A DNA stretch of 64,000 bases from an uncultured Chlamydiales bacterium (GTDB lineage: Bacteria > Chlamydiota > Chlamydiia > Chlamydiales > Rhabdochlamydiaceae). The stretch is taken from NCBI GenBank assembly GCA_963700985.1, contig OY969554.1, positions 1,696,001 through 1,760,000 on the forward strand. Reading direction: 5' to 3'. Numbering within the stretch: the stretch's first letter is position 1; each line of letters opens with the position of its first letter. Both the position numbers and the translations under genes were made by a program. Shown one piece after another: positions 18,254-28,178 of the stretch. The notes beneath the pieces are model-generated. The model did not search any database. It saw only the letters and a program-made list of their open reading frames with translations, and was not told the origin of the DNA.

Positions 18254-19256
18254 AACACGGACCATAGAAGTTGATGGCCAGCGCCCCGCCTGCGAACTGT
18301 AACTCGTTGCGCCCAGCTGCTGAGAACCAGGCGCCAGCGATGATCCCCAGCGCATCACTAAAATTATATTCAATTGCTGGTGCTATGTTAAGCTGATCTG
18401 AAGAGGGAAATCCGACTTTAGCTCGATCTCCTTCATCATCGACGCCGCGCTTACCGGAAAATTTCGTCGAATTGAAATAGAGATTTTGGATGTCTAGGGC
18501 GAGCGCCAAGTTTTTAGTCAGCGAGTATTCTGCACTAAAAGTTACACTGAACTGATTTCCAGGACGCACTGTGCCGCGTGTGCCAAAACCTCCACCAAAC
18601 GCATTGAAGCCTTTGACATGCACATGCGAGTAGACCGTATCTTGAAAGGTTAAATACAAAACGAGATAATTATGTTTGGCCACATGATAGAGATGAGACA
18701 AAACTAGGCCGAATTGAGTGGCATAGGAACCTAAGCCCATGATGTCAGTTTCATTCTTTTTAGGATCTAATTTTTGAAATTTACCAGTTGGAAAAGTCTC
18801 GACAAGTGAGACGAGGATCGTAGGCCACCAACGGCCCTCTTTTTCTGCCAAGAGTCTAAACACAAATCCGAAGGGAAAATCTGCAAAATTTGTCGAAGAT
18901 CTGCCTTCCTTGTGATTATATAACACTGAAGGCGCAGTAACGACGTTGATCTCATTGGTAAGGCCAAACTGCGCAAAAAGAAAGGAATTAAGCGTGATGA
19001 GTTTTGGCTCCGAGTGCGCATGCCAATGAGCATCATATTTCCCAAATGCATCGAAGCCGAAAAAACTTGGTTCAACGTCGTAATATCCTTGTGGAATAAC
19101 AGAGGAGACAGGCGCGAGGAGCGTGCCAGTAAACCATGGGCCTATGGCTGCTTCTGCCTGTGGAGTAACTCCGGATACTGTTTCCACATCGCTGTAGCTG
19201 TTAATCGCGCCTAACAGAAATATACTTAGAGCGGAGTGGCGTAGAAGTCGGTTCAT
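18237..19256 (-). CDS. Outer membrane transporter-like beta-barrel (phenol MetA-degradation-like family), paralog B
   Basis: Signal peptide, GPWFTGTLL, FPTGKFQKL, APAIEYNF, AGAW...GRN. Confidence 0.7.
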   Translation of the reverse strand: MNRLLRHSALSIFLLGAINSYSDVETVSGVTPQAEAAIGPWFTGTLLAPVSSVIPQGYYDVEPSFFGFDAFGKYDAHWHAHSEPKLITLNSFLFAQFGLTNEINVVTAPSVLYNHKEGRSSTNFADFPFGFVFRLLAEKEGRWWPTILVSLVETFPTGKFQKLDPKKNETDIMGLGSYATQFGLVLSHLYHVAKHNYLVLYLTFQDTVYSHVHVKGFNAFGGGFGTRGTVRPGNQFSVTFSAEYSLTKNLALALDIQNLYFNSTKFSGKRGVDDEGDRAKVGFPSSDQLNIAPAIEYNFSDALGIIAGAWFSAAGRNELQFAGGALAINFYGPCFKKKK

Positions 19257-19268
19257 TTTTAAAGCTCA

Positions 19269-20312
19269 TTACTTAGTTTTTTGCGGAGAAAATGGCGCAA
19301 ACCAGTTGACAGCGATTACGCCGCTGGCAAATTGACTACTATTGCGTCCGGCCACTGTTAACCAAGCACCTGCGATGATCCCTACAGATTCGTTAAAGTT
19401 GTATTCAATCGCAGGAGCTACGCTCACCTGGTTAAAAGAAGGTCCGCCTACAGAAGCGTGAGAGCCGTCTGCATTAAGCCCTTTCCTTCCAGAAAATCTG
19501 GTTTTGTTGCCATACGCGTAAGCCACATCCAATGCAAGAGCCCAATTCAGAGATACATTGATTTCCAGCCCCAAAAGTGTTGTGATGGTATTGCCGGCTT
19601 TTACTGTGCCTTTGGTTCCAAAACCGCCTCCATAATTATTAAAACCTTTAACATGTACGTTCGAAGGAATGCCATAGCCTACGCTTAGGCGTGAGTTGAG
19701 GTAGTGTAAGCCGCGCACGTGAAAGAGCCTGCCAAACACCACGCCTAGGTCGGTTTCATATGAGCCTGACCCCCCATCATCCGTGCCCAATTTTCTTGGA
19801 CTCAAGTGCTGATACTTCCCTGTTGGAAAGATCTCACGTATAAAAAGCTTAATTGCAGGCCACGCTTTGCCGGGTTTGTCCCATAGCAGTTGATAATCAA
19901 ATCCCATGCCTAGATCTCCAAAACGCGTGGCGGCTTCACCTTGGGTGCGTTGATAGAAAAATTGCGGAGAGATTTGAAAATCTACGTCTTTGATCACGCC
20001 GACTTGCAGAGAAAAGACAGGAGCGACATCGATAAAGGTGGGGGTAGAATGAGAGTGCCATTTGGAGTCGTAGCTGCCATAGAAGTCATCTACGAAAAGA
20101 TAGGGTTCAAAGTTGAAATAGCCCACCGGAACAACGTGACTTGAGCCCGTGAGCAGAGGCCCGGTAAACCAGGGACCTCTTGTTTCTTCAACCGACTCAG
20201 AAATTTCAGAGAGTTCTCCACGTCTGCAGTGGCCTGCATTAAACCAAAGAAGCGACGATGCTAAAGCAAAAAATGAAAGAAGATAGCGATGATATAACAT
20301 GTGTGTACTCAC
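19269..20312 (-). CDS. Outer membrane transporter-like beta-barrel, paralog A
   Basis: GPWFTGPLL, FPTGKYQHL, APAIEYNF; colinear with 18237-19256. Confidence 0.7.
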   Translation of the reverse strand: MSTHMLYHRYLLSFFALASSLLWFNAGHCRRGELSEISESVEETRGPWFTGPLLTGSSHVVPVGYFNFEPYLFVDDFYGSYDSKWHSHSTPTFIDVAPVFSLQVGVIKDVDFQISPQFFYQRTQGEAATRFGDLGMGFDYQLLWDKPGKAWPAIKLFIREIFPTGKYQHLSPRKLGTDDGGSGSYETDLGVVFGRLFHVRGLHYLNSRLSVGYGIPSNVHVKGFNNYGGGFGTKGTVKAGNTITTLLGLEINVSLNWALALDVAYAYGNKTRFSGRKGLNADGSHASVGGPSFNQVSVAPAIEYNFNESVGIIAGAWLTVAGRNSSQFASGVIAVNWFAPFSPQKTK

Positions 20313-20475
20313 TTAGCGTTTGCGATTCATATTTTTCGTTGTAAAAATGCACACATTGCCAGAATTAAGATTTCAAATGTATCAAGAAAATCTTGTCTTT
20401 TCTGTTTCTTAAATTTTCTCGTCAGCAGTAGAATCGCTTCCGCGTATTTCGCTACACTTAAAATGGAGAAAAACT

Positions 20476-21087
20476 ATGGCAAATGCAATTGGTGCAAACG
20501 CAGACGTGCGGTCGAATTCATGCTTGGATAAAACAATACAGACTCTATTTTTTGTCAAAGACAAAGCTGTGGATTTTTATAATGAAGCTTCAGTTTCAGG
20601 TGAAACACAAAAAAAATGTCTCGCTTTATTGAGAACTACCGTTGCAATTGCTGCAATTGATAACTTTCCAGTTTATGCGCTTATTGGTGGTAGTCTGGCT
20701 GCCATATCCCCTTCTTACTCTCAAACAGTTGTGAATGCCGCCGAAGGAGCAATCAGTGGACTGTGGCATAGCATGAGTTTTAAGGCGAGGGTAGTTGCAG
20801 TTACTGTGAGCGTTCCTGCTGTGGCGTATGGTTACAGTGCGCTTGTTATTAGCGCATTTGGCGCTGTGCTTGCTACTAAACTTGGAGCTGAATATACGGT
20901 CAGAAACTACTCGAAACAAAATGTTGATGAAGCCACAAAGAAAGCCGAGGCAGAGCAGGAAGCCTTAAATAGTCCGCAGGCTATTCCTGACATAAATGGC
21001 GCCAGACGTCGCTCATCGACTATGACTGGAGAATCGAAATACACACCAGGTTATGGATTGAGTAATATAAATTCCGTAAGTACTTAA
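20476..21087 (+). CDS. Hypothetical membrane protein (Inc-like, two hydrophobic hairpins, polar tail)
   Basis: SD GGAG; Ala/Val-rich hydrophobic segments; no Sec signal. Confidence 0.6.
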   Translation: MANAIGANADVRSNSCLDKTIQTLFFVKDKAVDFYNEASVSGETQKKCLALLRTTVAIAAIDNFPVYALIGGSLAAISPSYSQTVVNAAEGAISGLWHSMSFKARVVAVTVSVPAVAYGYSALVISAFGAVLATKLGAEYTVRNYSKQNVDEATKKAEAEQEALNSPQAIPDINGARRRSSTMTGESKYTPGYGLSNINSVST

Positions 21088-21097
21088 ACTAGTTTTT

Positions 21098-21931
21098 TCA
21101 ACCCACTCTTTCTTTACGGGAAGAGTGGCTGTCACCAATTAAGTTGTACTTGGAAGCTTGAGTTTTTAGATCAGCTACCTCTTTTTTCAATCGTGCGATC
21201 TCAGCTTGCTGCTTTAAGAAAAGTTGCTTGAGTACTTTCATGCTCGGATCTGCAGCTGGCTCTTTAGATAAGATCGTAGGGGATATCCTAGTGGATGATA
21301 TGGTCGGTTCTTTATGTTCTTTTTTCTCAGCGATTTTTGATCTCTTGGCTAAAAAATCAAGATTTGACCGCGCTAGTTTATTTCCCTGAGCGGCGGCCTT
21401 TTTGAGCCAATAAGTAGCTTTTCTGGTGCTTTGGATAGAGATACCGTTATTGTAAAGCGTTCCCAAATTGCATTGTGCGTCAGGATCTCCTTGTTTAGCT
21501 GCTAGTAAGTACAGCAAGAAGGCTTTTCCTATATCCTTGGAGGTTCCACGACCCTCCTCGAGCATGCAGGCAAGATTATTTTGTGCACACATATGACCTT
21601 TATCAGCGGCCTGCCTGTATAATTTGACAGCTTCAGACTCATCTACAGCAGTGCCTAACCCTGTTTCTAGCATCAATGCCAAATTAAATTGTCCCTGGGG
21701 ATTTTTTTGAGCAGCAGATAGTCTAAGCCACTTCAGAGCTTCGGAATGATCTTGATCAACACCAGTGCCAAGCCGAAATCTCACTCCGAGTTCAGCTTGT
21801 GCATCGGCATCGCCAGCATCTGCCTTTCGTTGTAGTTCAGAGAGTGCTGTATCTCCTATAGCTTCTAACGAAAGTAAGTGTGGCCCTACCGCTGCAAGCG
21901 TGCTGCTTGCAGGGAGAGAAACTGCTGCCAT
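21098..21931 (-). CDS. Sel1-like repeat protein with C-terminal coiled coil
   Basis: About four repeats of the type AQ.NL...L..G.G...D...A......AA.QG; tail LKQQAEIARLKKEVADLK. Confidence 0.88.
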   Translation of the reverse strand: MAAVSLPASSTLAAVGPHLLSLEAIGDTALSELQRKADAGDADAQAELGVRFRLGTGVDQDHSEALKWLRLSAAQKNPQGQFNLALMLETGLGTAVDESEAVKLYRQAADKGHMCAQNNLACMLEEGRGTSKDIGKAFLLYLLAAKQGDPDAQCNLGTLYNNGISIQSTRKATYWLKKAAAQGNKLARSNLDFLAKRSKIAEKKEHKEPTISSTRISPTILSKEPAADPSMKVLKQLFLKQQAEIARLKKEVADLKTQASKYNLIGDSHSSRKERVG

Positions 21932-21941
21932 AAAAAACTCT

Positions 21942-23150
21942 CTAGAATTTGATGATTTCTTGGCTGATCTCAAGGGCTAGCTCAAATGCCACAAAGAGCA
22001 AAAGAAGCGTGAGGAATGCTCGTCCACCGGGAACGAGTTCTTTGCCTTTTTCTGAAAGTCCTTTTTTGTAGCGACCTACCCATGCCATAAGAGGAGGGAA
22101 GAGGCCAAAAAGGATTGCGCAGCTAATCCCACCCGCATAACTCAAGGATTTGAGGAAGATGTTAGGATTGGTAAGTGCAATCACCGTTGGAGGAACAAAA
22201 ATTAAAAGGCAGAGTAGAATTTTTCTGAATCCTTTTTTCGCAATTTTTAATCCATCCGACAAGAAATCCAGGAAGGCCAATGAAAGTGCGATATAAGATG
22301 TGGTTAGTGTGAAGAAGGCGAAGTATTTTCCAATAGAAAAGAGGGAAGAGCTGCCTACATATTGCTTCAGCGGCATGACAGCATTATGGCCAGATTGGCC
22401 TGCTTCAATGAGACCACCTGGTCCTTCAACGGGTACAATACCTAAAATGATGAACTCCCAAATTAGATAAACGACGAGAGGGATCGTTGTGCCGAAAATG
22501 ATGGCCATGCGCACCCTTTTGACATTTCTGTCCATGTAGTTCATGAGGGTAGGGATGATCACTTGGTAGGTAAAAGCAGTAAAAAGCACAGGAAGGGCCA
22601 GCCAAGCCTTCGACCAGTTAGTATATGTGAGAAGTGCAAGGTCGACATGGCTGTAGGAAACAAAAATAAAGAGTAGATAAGAGCCAATCACACCGATCAT
22701 CAGACCAAGGTTTAGGCGATCAACAGAGTGAGCTCCTAGGTAAACGACAGGTGAGAAGGCGAGCACGTAGATGACCATGGCTGCCCATGAGGGGAGAGTG
22801 CCGCCAATTAATTCGTTGAGAACACCGCCGCCACCGGCGACGTGAGCAATCATAACCGTTACGAAGAGAAAGAGATAGACGATCCAGCAGACGTATCTAC
22901 CTGTATTTCCTAAAAGGCGCGTAGCCATGGTGATGAGGTTGGAATCTTTTGGCATCCAAGCGCACACTTCGAGCATGAGAAGGCCGGTGCAGAGCATGAA
23001 CAGCCATGTCAGGATATAAATTGACACGGAAGGCAGGAAACCTGCTGGACCGGTCGCGACGGGTAATGCGAGCATTCCGACGCCAATCGTTGTTCCGGCG
23101 ATAAGAAGAGCTCCGCCTAAAACGTGACCCATGGGACGAAAGAGTTGCAT
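21942..23150 (-). CDS. tyrP: Aromatic amino acid permease (TyrP family)
   Basis: GGALLIAGTTIGVGMLALP; 11 TM segments. Confidence 0.88.
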   Translation of the reverse strand: MQLFRPMGHVLGGALLIAGTTIGVGMLALPVATGPAGFLPSVSIYILTWLFMLCTGLLMLEVCAWMPKDSNLITMATRLLGNTGRYVCWIVYLFLFVTVMIAHVAGGGGVLNELIGGTLPSWAAMVIYVLAFSPVVYLGAHSVDRLNLGLMIGVIGSYLLFIFVSYSHVDLALLTYTNWSKAWLALPVLFTAFTYQVIIPTLMNYMDRNVKRVRMAIIFGTTIPLVVYLIWEFIILGIVPVEGPGGLIEAGQSGHNAVMPLKQYVGSSSLFSIGKYFAFFTLTTSYIALSLAFLDFLSDGLKIAKKGFRKILLCLLIFVPPTVIALTNPNIFLKSLSYAGGISCAILFGLFPPLMAWVGRYKKGLSEKGKELVPGGRAFLTLLLLFVAFELALEISQEIIKF

Positions 23151-23260
23151 AAACTTTCCCTTTAAAATTAAAAAAAAGTAAAATATCGCTAGAAATTAAT
23201 GGTTATTGGAAAAAAAGGCAAGAGTTCTATCCTATAGAGCATTCTCAGTATGAGTTTAAT

Positions 23261-23797
23261 ATGTTAGAAATAATTCCACTTTTATTAGAAGGCCCCAAGC
23301 GCATACGTCCTAAAGTCTATCACGATGAGCGTGGCTTTTTCCGCGAATGCTACCGCCAGCCGCTCTATCAAGCGCATGGAATCGAGGGCGACTTTGTGCA
23401 GGTCAATCACTCCTTTTCTAAACAAGGAACAATCCGCGGGATGCACTTTCAACGTTTTCCCGGACAAGCCAAACTCATTACGGTTATCTCTGGAAAGATT
23501 TTTGATGTACTAGTTGATATTCGCCGAGACTCTCCAACATTTGGCCGCAGCGAAGCTGTCTATCTCGATGATCAAGCTCACGAACAGCTTTTTGTTCCTG
23601 TCGGCTTTGCACATGGCTTTTGTGTGATTAGTCCAGAGGCGCATGTGCTCTACAAAGTGAGCCAGCTTTATGATGCTAAAGAAGAGCGTAGTTTTCGTTA
23701 TGATGATCCGGCAGTAGGCATTCAGTGGCCTGAAAGTGCGCCACTTCTTTCTGAGAAAGATAGAAGCGCGCCAACTCTATTGGAGGCGCTAAGATGA
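23261..23797 (+). CDS. rmlC: dTDP-4-dehydrorhamnose 3,5-epimerase
   Basis: DERGFF, RGMHFQ, VDIRRDSPTFG, GFAHGF. Confidence 0.95.
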   Translation: MLEIIPLLLEGPKRIRPKVYHDERGFFRECYRQPLYQAHGIEGDFVQVNHSFSKQGTIRGMHFQRFPGQAKLITVISGKIFDVLVDIRRDSPTFGRSEAVYLDDQAHEQLFVPVGFAHGFCVISPEAHVLYKVSQLYDAKEERSFRYDDPAVGIQWPESAPLLSEKDRSAPTLLEALR

Positions 23798-24642
23798 AAG
23801 TTTGGATTACTGGTGCAAGTGGCCTTTTGGGAGCGCAACTGAAGCAGAGCTGTGATTTACAAGGAATTTCCAACGTAGCCACAACGCGCCTCGAAGTGGA
23901 TGTAACCGATTTTCAGGCCGTTAAATCTTTTGTCGAAAAAACTAGGCCCACTCATGTGGTAAACTGCGCGGCTTATACAGCCGTAGACCTAGCCGAATCT
24001 GAAAGTGAAAAAGCTTTTGCGATCAATGCATTAGGCCCTGAAAATTTAGGCAAGGCCGCTAAAGAGTTTGGCATGCACGTGCTGCAGATTTCGACGAATT
24101 TTATCTTTAACGGTCAGCAGAAGACTCCTTATGTTGAATCTGCGGGCGCAGATCCCTTGAGCGTTTATGGGATGAGCAAATGGCAAGGTGAGCTGCGGCT
24201 TCTCGCAGAGTATCCTGAAGCGTGCATCATCCGCACTTCTTGGCTTTTTGGAAGAGGAGGGAAGAATTTTATCTCCTCTATTTTAGAGACAATGAAGCAG
24301 CAGAAAATCGTGCGTGCTTCTTCAGACCAGTATGGAAGGCCCACTTATAGCAAAGATCTAGCAGAGGCCATTTTGCCCCTGCTCTCACAAAGAGGCGTTT
24401 TTCATTTTGCTAATCAGGGAGCATTGTCGCGTTATGAAGTTGCTTGTGATCTTAAAGCCGAAGCCAAAAAACGCGGAATGCCTCTTCTTTGCGAAGAGCT
24501 TGTGCCTGTGAGGACACTGGATTTTGCGATGCCAGCCAAAAGGCCCGATTATGCAGTGCTCTGCACGCAGAAAATAGAACTGCTTATGCCGATTCGTTCT
24601 TGGAAAAATATTATCAGCGAGTATTTAGACGATGTTAGCTAG
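23794..24642 (+). CDS. rmlD: dTDP-4-dehydrorhamnose reductase
   Basis: GASGLLG, NCAAYTAVDLAE, YGMSK, DQYGRPT; ATGA overlap with rmlC. Confidence 0.92.
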   Translation: MKVWITGASGLLGAQLKQSCDLQGISNVATTRLEVDVTDFQAVKSFVEKTRPTHVVNCAAYTAVDLAESESEKAFAINALGPENLGKAAKEFGMHVLQISTNFIFNGQQKTPYVESAGADPLSVYGMSKWQGELRLLAEYPEACIIRTSWLFGRGGKNFISSILETMKQQKIVRASSDQYGRPTYSKDLAEAILPLLSQRGVFHFANQGALSRYEVACDLKAEAKKRGMPLLCEELVPVRTLDFAMPAKRPDYAVLCTQKIELLMPIRSWKNIISEYLDDVS

Positions 24643-25633
24643 CGCACGAAGAGTTTTAGTGACGGGTGGAGCTGGGTTTATGGGCTCGGCTTTTATACGC
24701 TTTGGCCTGAAACAGATCGCCTCATGCGAGGCCCTGGTCAATCTCGACCTTTTGACCTATGCAGGCAATTGCAAAAACCTAAAGGAGATCGAAGGCGATC
24801 CACGCTATCTCTTTGTGCAGGGCGATATCTGTGATGAAAAGTTAGTTGAACAGCTTTGCAGAGAAGGAAAGATCGATACGCTGGTGCATTTTGCTGCGGA
24901 AACACACGTAGATCGCAGCATTTCATCACCTAAAGATTTTCTGCAGACCAATGTGTGCGGCACATCTCTTCTTTTAGAAGTGGTACGTAAATTTCCGCAA
25001 ATTCATTTTCATCAAATTTCAACAGATGAAGTATTTGGTGCGCTTGGTGAAACGGGGATTTTTACCGAACAATCATCGTATAAGCCCAGCTCTCCCTATT
25101 CAGCCTCAAAAGCTGCTGCAGATCACTTTGTGCGCGGCTATGCGCATACGTTTGGATTATCTGTTACGCTTTCTCATAGCAGCAACAACTATGGTCCTTA
25201 TCAATACCCAGAAAAATTTATTCCGCGCATGATTACGAGTTGCCTGCAGAAGCAGACCCTTCCAATTTACGGTTCTGGGAAGCAAGTGCGCGACTGGCTC
25301 TATGTCGAAGATCACGCAGAGGCTGTTTGGAAGATTTTACAGCAGGGGCGACGTGGTGAATCTTATAATATTGGCGGAAGTTGTCAGCTTAGCAATCTCG
25401 ATCTACTCCAGAAGATCATTGTGGAGGTGGCAAAGCAAACAGGTGAAGATCCTGCTATTTTAAATTCTCTCATTATGTTTGTAGCCGATCGGCCAGGACA
25501 TGATTTTCGTTACGCTTTAGATACGACTAAAATTCAAAATGAGATTGGATGGAGTGCGCGCCATAATCTCGAATGGGGCCTTACTGAAACTGTAAGTTCA
25601 TATCTGGCTCAGAAGGAGATCGCTGTATGCTAA
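24632..25633 (+). CDS. rmlB: dTDP-glucose 4,6-dehydratase
   Basis: TGGAGFMGS, LTYAGN, FAAETHVDRSI, STDEV, YSASK, DRPGHDFRY. Confidence 0.95.
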   Translation: MLASARRVLVTGGAGFMGSAFIRFGLKQIASCEALVNLDLLTYAGNCKNLKEIEGDPRYLFVQGDICDEKLVEQLCREGKIDTLVHFAAETHVDRSISSPKDFLQTNVCGTSLLLEVVRKFPQIHFHQISTDEVFGALGETGIFTEQSSYKPSSPYSASKAAADHFVRGYAHTFGLSVTLSHSSNNYGPYQYPEKFIPRMITSCLQKQTLPIYGSGKQVRDWLYVEDHAEAVWKILQQGRRGESYNIGGSCQLSNLDLLQKIIVEVAKQTGEDPAILNSLIMFVADRPGHDFRYALDTTKIQNEIGWSARHNLEWGLTETVSSYLAQKEIAVC

Positions 25634-26376
25634 TCGCCTGCGTTATTCCTGCGCGTTTAAAGTCGACCCGCTTTCCTAAAAAGATGTTAGCTCCTATACT
25701 CGGAAAACCTCTAATTCAGTGGGCATGGGAAGCTGCTGAGCGCACAGGCTTATTCGATGAGCTAGCAATTGCGACAGATTCGGAAGAGTTAGCGGCGGCG
25801 ATAAAGGGCTTTGGTGGAAAATATTACATGACCTCCGAGCAGTGCGCCTCGGGCACAGACAGGCTTATCGAGTTGCGAGAAAGAGGGTGTGTCAAAGCTG
25901 ATGTATGGGTGAATTGGCAAGGAGACGAACCTTTTATCAACACGCGTACGATTCAAGACCTACTTCAATCGTGCAACCAAGATGATTTTGATGTCTGGAC
26001 GCTAAAGAAAAAAATTACCAAATCCGAAGAGATCACAACTCCGCATATTGCCAAAGTGGTCACGGATATCGAAGGCCAAGCTCTTTATTTTTCGCGTGCA
26101 CCTATTCCTTTTTGCCGCGATCAAAAGGATGGAGTATTACAAGAATTTTTTAAACACATCGGTCTCTATGCTTTTTCGGACAAAGCACTTCAAAAATTAG
26201 CTTGTCTTAAGCCTTGTGCACTTGAAGAAACAGAGCAGCTTGAGCAGTTGCGCTTTTTATACCATAAGTTACGTGTCAGAGTGCATGAGACTCAGGAAGA
26301 GCCCTTTGGGATCGATCTGCCCGAGCATCTTGTGCGCGCCCAAAACGTCGCTCTAAGCTTCCAATCTCAAGCCTAA
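25627..26376 (+). CDS. kdsB: CMP-Kdo synthetase
   Basis: IPARLKSTRFP, SGTDR, QGDEP, ALYFSRAPIP, EQLEQLR. Confidence 0.95.
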   Translation: MLIACVIPARLKSTRFPKKMLAPILGKPLIQWAWEAAERTGLFDELAIATDSEELAAAIKGFGGKYYMTSEQCASGTDRLIELRERGCVKADVWVNWQGDEPFINTRTIQDLLQSCNQDDFDVWTLKKKITKSEEITTPHIAKVVTDIEGQALYFSRAPIPFCRDQKDGVLQEFFKHIGLYAFSDKALQKLACLKPCALEETEQLEQLRFLYHKLRVRVHETQEEPFGIDLPEHLVRAQNVALSFQSQA

Positions 26377-26426
26377 TTCTGTAAATTTTGTTGGCCGAGC
26401 CGAGCTCTTTTAGTAAATCTCATTTA

Positions 26427-26643
26427 CAGGATATACATGATCGCTAGCGGTAGGATATGCAGGATATTTTCTCCTGTCTTTCATATCCTGCCTGATCCTG
26501 TTCTCTTCCAGGATTTTAAGATCGCGCTCGATGCAATTTTCTTCTTCACCTCTGCGACTCTGTGGCGGAAAAATCTTAAATAAATTCCTTTTCGCTCCTT
26601 GATAAAAGTTCTGAAAACACACTCGTGTAAGGAATTTATTTAG
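26427..26643. repeat. Composite intergenic palindromic repeats upstream of sufB
   Basis: CAGGAT/ATCCTG units at about 26427-26494, half-copy CTCTGCGACTCTGTGG at 26550, and a 14-bp inverted repeat TAAATAAATTCCTT/AAGGAATTTATTTA (26577-26642). Confidence 0.6.
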
Positions 26644-26732
26644 TATTTAGTGACAGCATTGCAAAGTTGAGTTTAAATTATCTCTCAATTGAGATATCCT
26701 ATACCCATAAATTAACATTTACAAAGTTACTC

Positions 26733-28172
26733 ATGAGCAGCGAGGAGATCCTTAGGGATCGCAGCGAATATAAGTATGGTTTTACTACCGATATCGAAAC
26801 GGAAAGCTTCCCCAAGGGCTTAACCGAAGATACGGTGCGTGCGATTTCCGCGAAAAAAGAGGAGCCGCCTTTTCTTCTGGAGTTTCGTCTAAAAGCTTTT
26901 CGTAAATGGAAAGAGCTTGAAGAGCCAAGATGGCCTAATGTTTCTTATCCTCGCATAGATTACCAAGACATCTGTTACTACTCTGCACCCAAGAAGAAAC
27001 AAAAACTAAATAGTTTAGACGAAGTTGATCCCGAGCTTTTAAAAACTTTTGAGCGCCTGGGTGTTCCCGTTGATGAGCAGAAACGGCTCACAAATGTGGC
27101 GGTCGATCTAGTTTTTGATTCAGTTTCTCTGGGAACTACCTTTCAAAAACAGTTAAAAGAAGCTGGCGTAGTTCTCTGTTCAATCTCTGAGGCTGTGCAT
27201 CTCTATCCCGAGCTCGTAGAGCGCTATCTCGGATCGGTGGTGCCGATTGGAGATAACTTTTTTGCCGCTCTAAACTCGGCTGTATTTACCGATGGTTCTT
27301 TTGTCTACATTCCGAAAGGGGTGCGCTCTCCCATTGAACTATCGACCTATTTCCGCATCAATGACAAAACGACCGGGCAATTTGAGCGAACGCTTATCAT
27401 TGCCGAGGAAGATTCGTATGTTAGTTATCTTGAAGGATGTACTGCTCCAGCTTATGACAACAATCAGCTGCATGCGGCTGTGGTTGAACTGGTGGCTCTC
27501 GATCGAGCTGAGATTAAATACTCTACGGTGCAGAACTGGTATTCAGGCAATCCGCAAACCGGGCTAGGGGGCATTTTCAATTTTGTCACGAAGCGCGGTC
27601 GCTGCGCGGGCTTCCGCTCTAAGATTTCATGGACGCAAGTTGAAGCCGGAGCTGCTATTACCTGGAAATATCCAAGCTGCATTCTGCAAGGGGATGAATC
27701 AGTGGGTGAGTTCTACTCTGTGGCCCTCACCAACGGAAAGATGCAAGCCGACACGGGCACGAAGATGATCCATTTAGGCAAGAAGACACGCTCGACGATT
27801 ATTTCCAAAGGCATCTCAGCGGATCAATCGCATAATACCTATCGAGGGCTCGTCAAGATCGCCCCTAAAGCTGAAGGCGCGCGTAACTATACTCAATGCG
27901 ACTCGATGCTTGTAGGAGCAGAATGTTCAGCAAATACTTTTCCCTATATCGAGTGCGCAAATGATAAAACGCAGGTAGAGCATGAAGCTTCTACTTCCAA
28001 GATGAATGAAAGTCAGCTCTTTTACCTGCAATCAAGAGGGATTTCGCGCGAAGATGCTATCAGCATGATTGTCAGCGGTTTTTGTAAGCGCGTGTTTCAA
28101 GAGCTTCCTTTGGAGTTTGCCGCAGAAGCACAAAAGCTGCTCACCTTAAAATTAGAAAATTCAGTGGGATAA
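26733..28172 (+). CDS. sufB: Fe-S cluster assembly protein SufB
   Basis: [35 protein letters not shown]. Confidence 0.97.
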   Translation: MSSEEILRDRSEYKYGFTTDIETESFPKGLTEDTVRAISAKKEEPPFLLEFRLKAFRKWKELEEPRWPNVSYPRIDYQDICYYSAPKKKQKLNSLDEVDPELLKTFERLGVPVDEQKRLTNVAVDLVFDSVSLGTTFQKQLKEAGVVLCSISEAVHLYPELVERYLGSVVPIGDNFFAALNSAVFTDGSFVYIPKGVRSPIELSTYFRINDKTTGQFERTLIIAEEDSYVSYLEGCTAPAYDNNQLHAAVVELVALDRAEIKYSTVQNWYSGNPQTGLGGIFNFVTKRGRCAGFRSKISWTQVEAGAAITWKYPSCILQGDESVGEFYSVALTNGKMQADTGTKMIHLGKKTRSTIISKGISADQSHNTYRGLVKIAPKAEGARNYTQCDSMLVGAECSANTFPYIECANDKTQVEHEASTSKMNESQLFYLQSRGISREDAISMIVSGFCKRVFQELPLEFAAEAQKLLTLKLENSVG

Positions 28173-28178
28173 TAGATA

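Noticed and set aside
26410-26622. 70-aa minus-strand ORF in the kdsB-sufB gap
   Set aside because: It is translated through palindromic repeats and shows no protein-like features.
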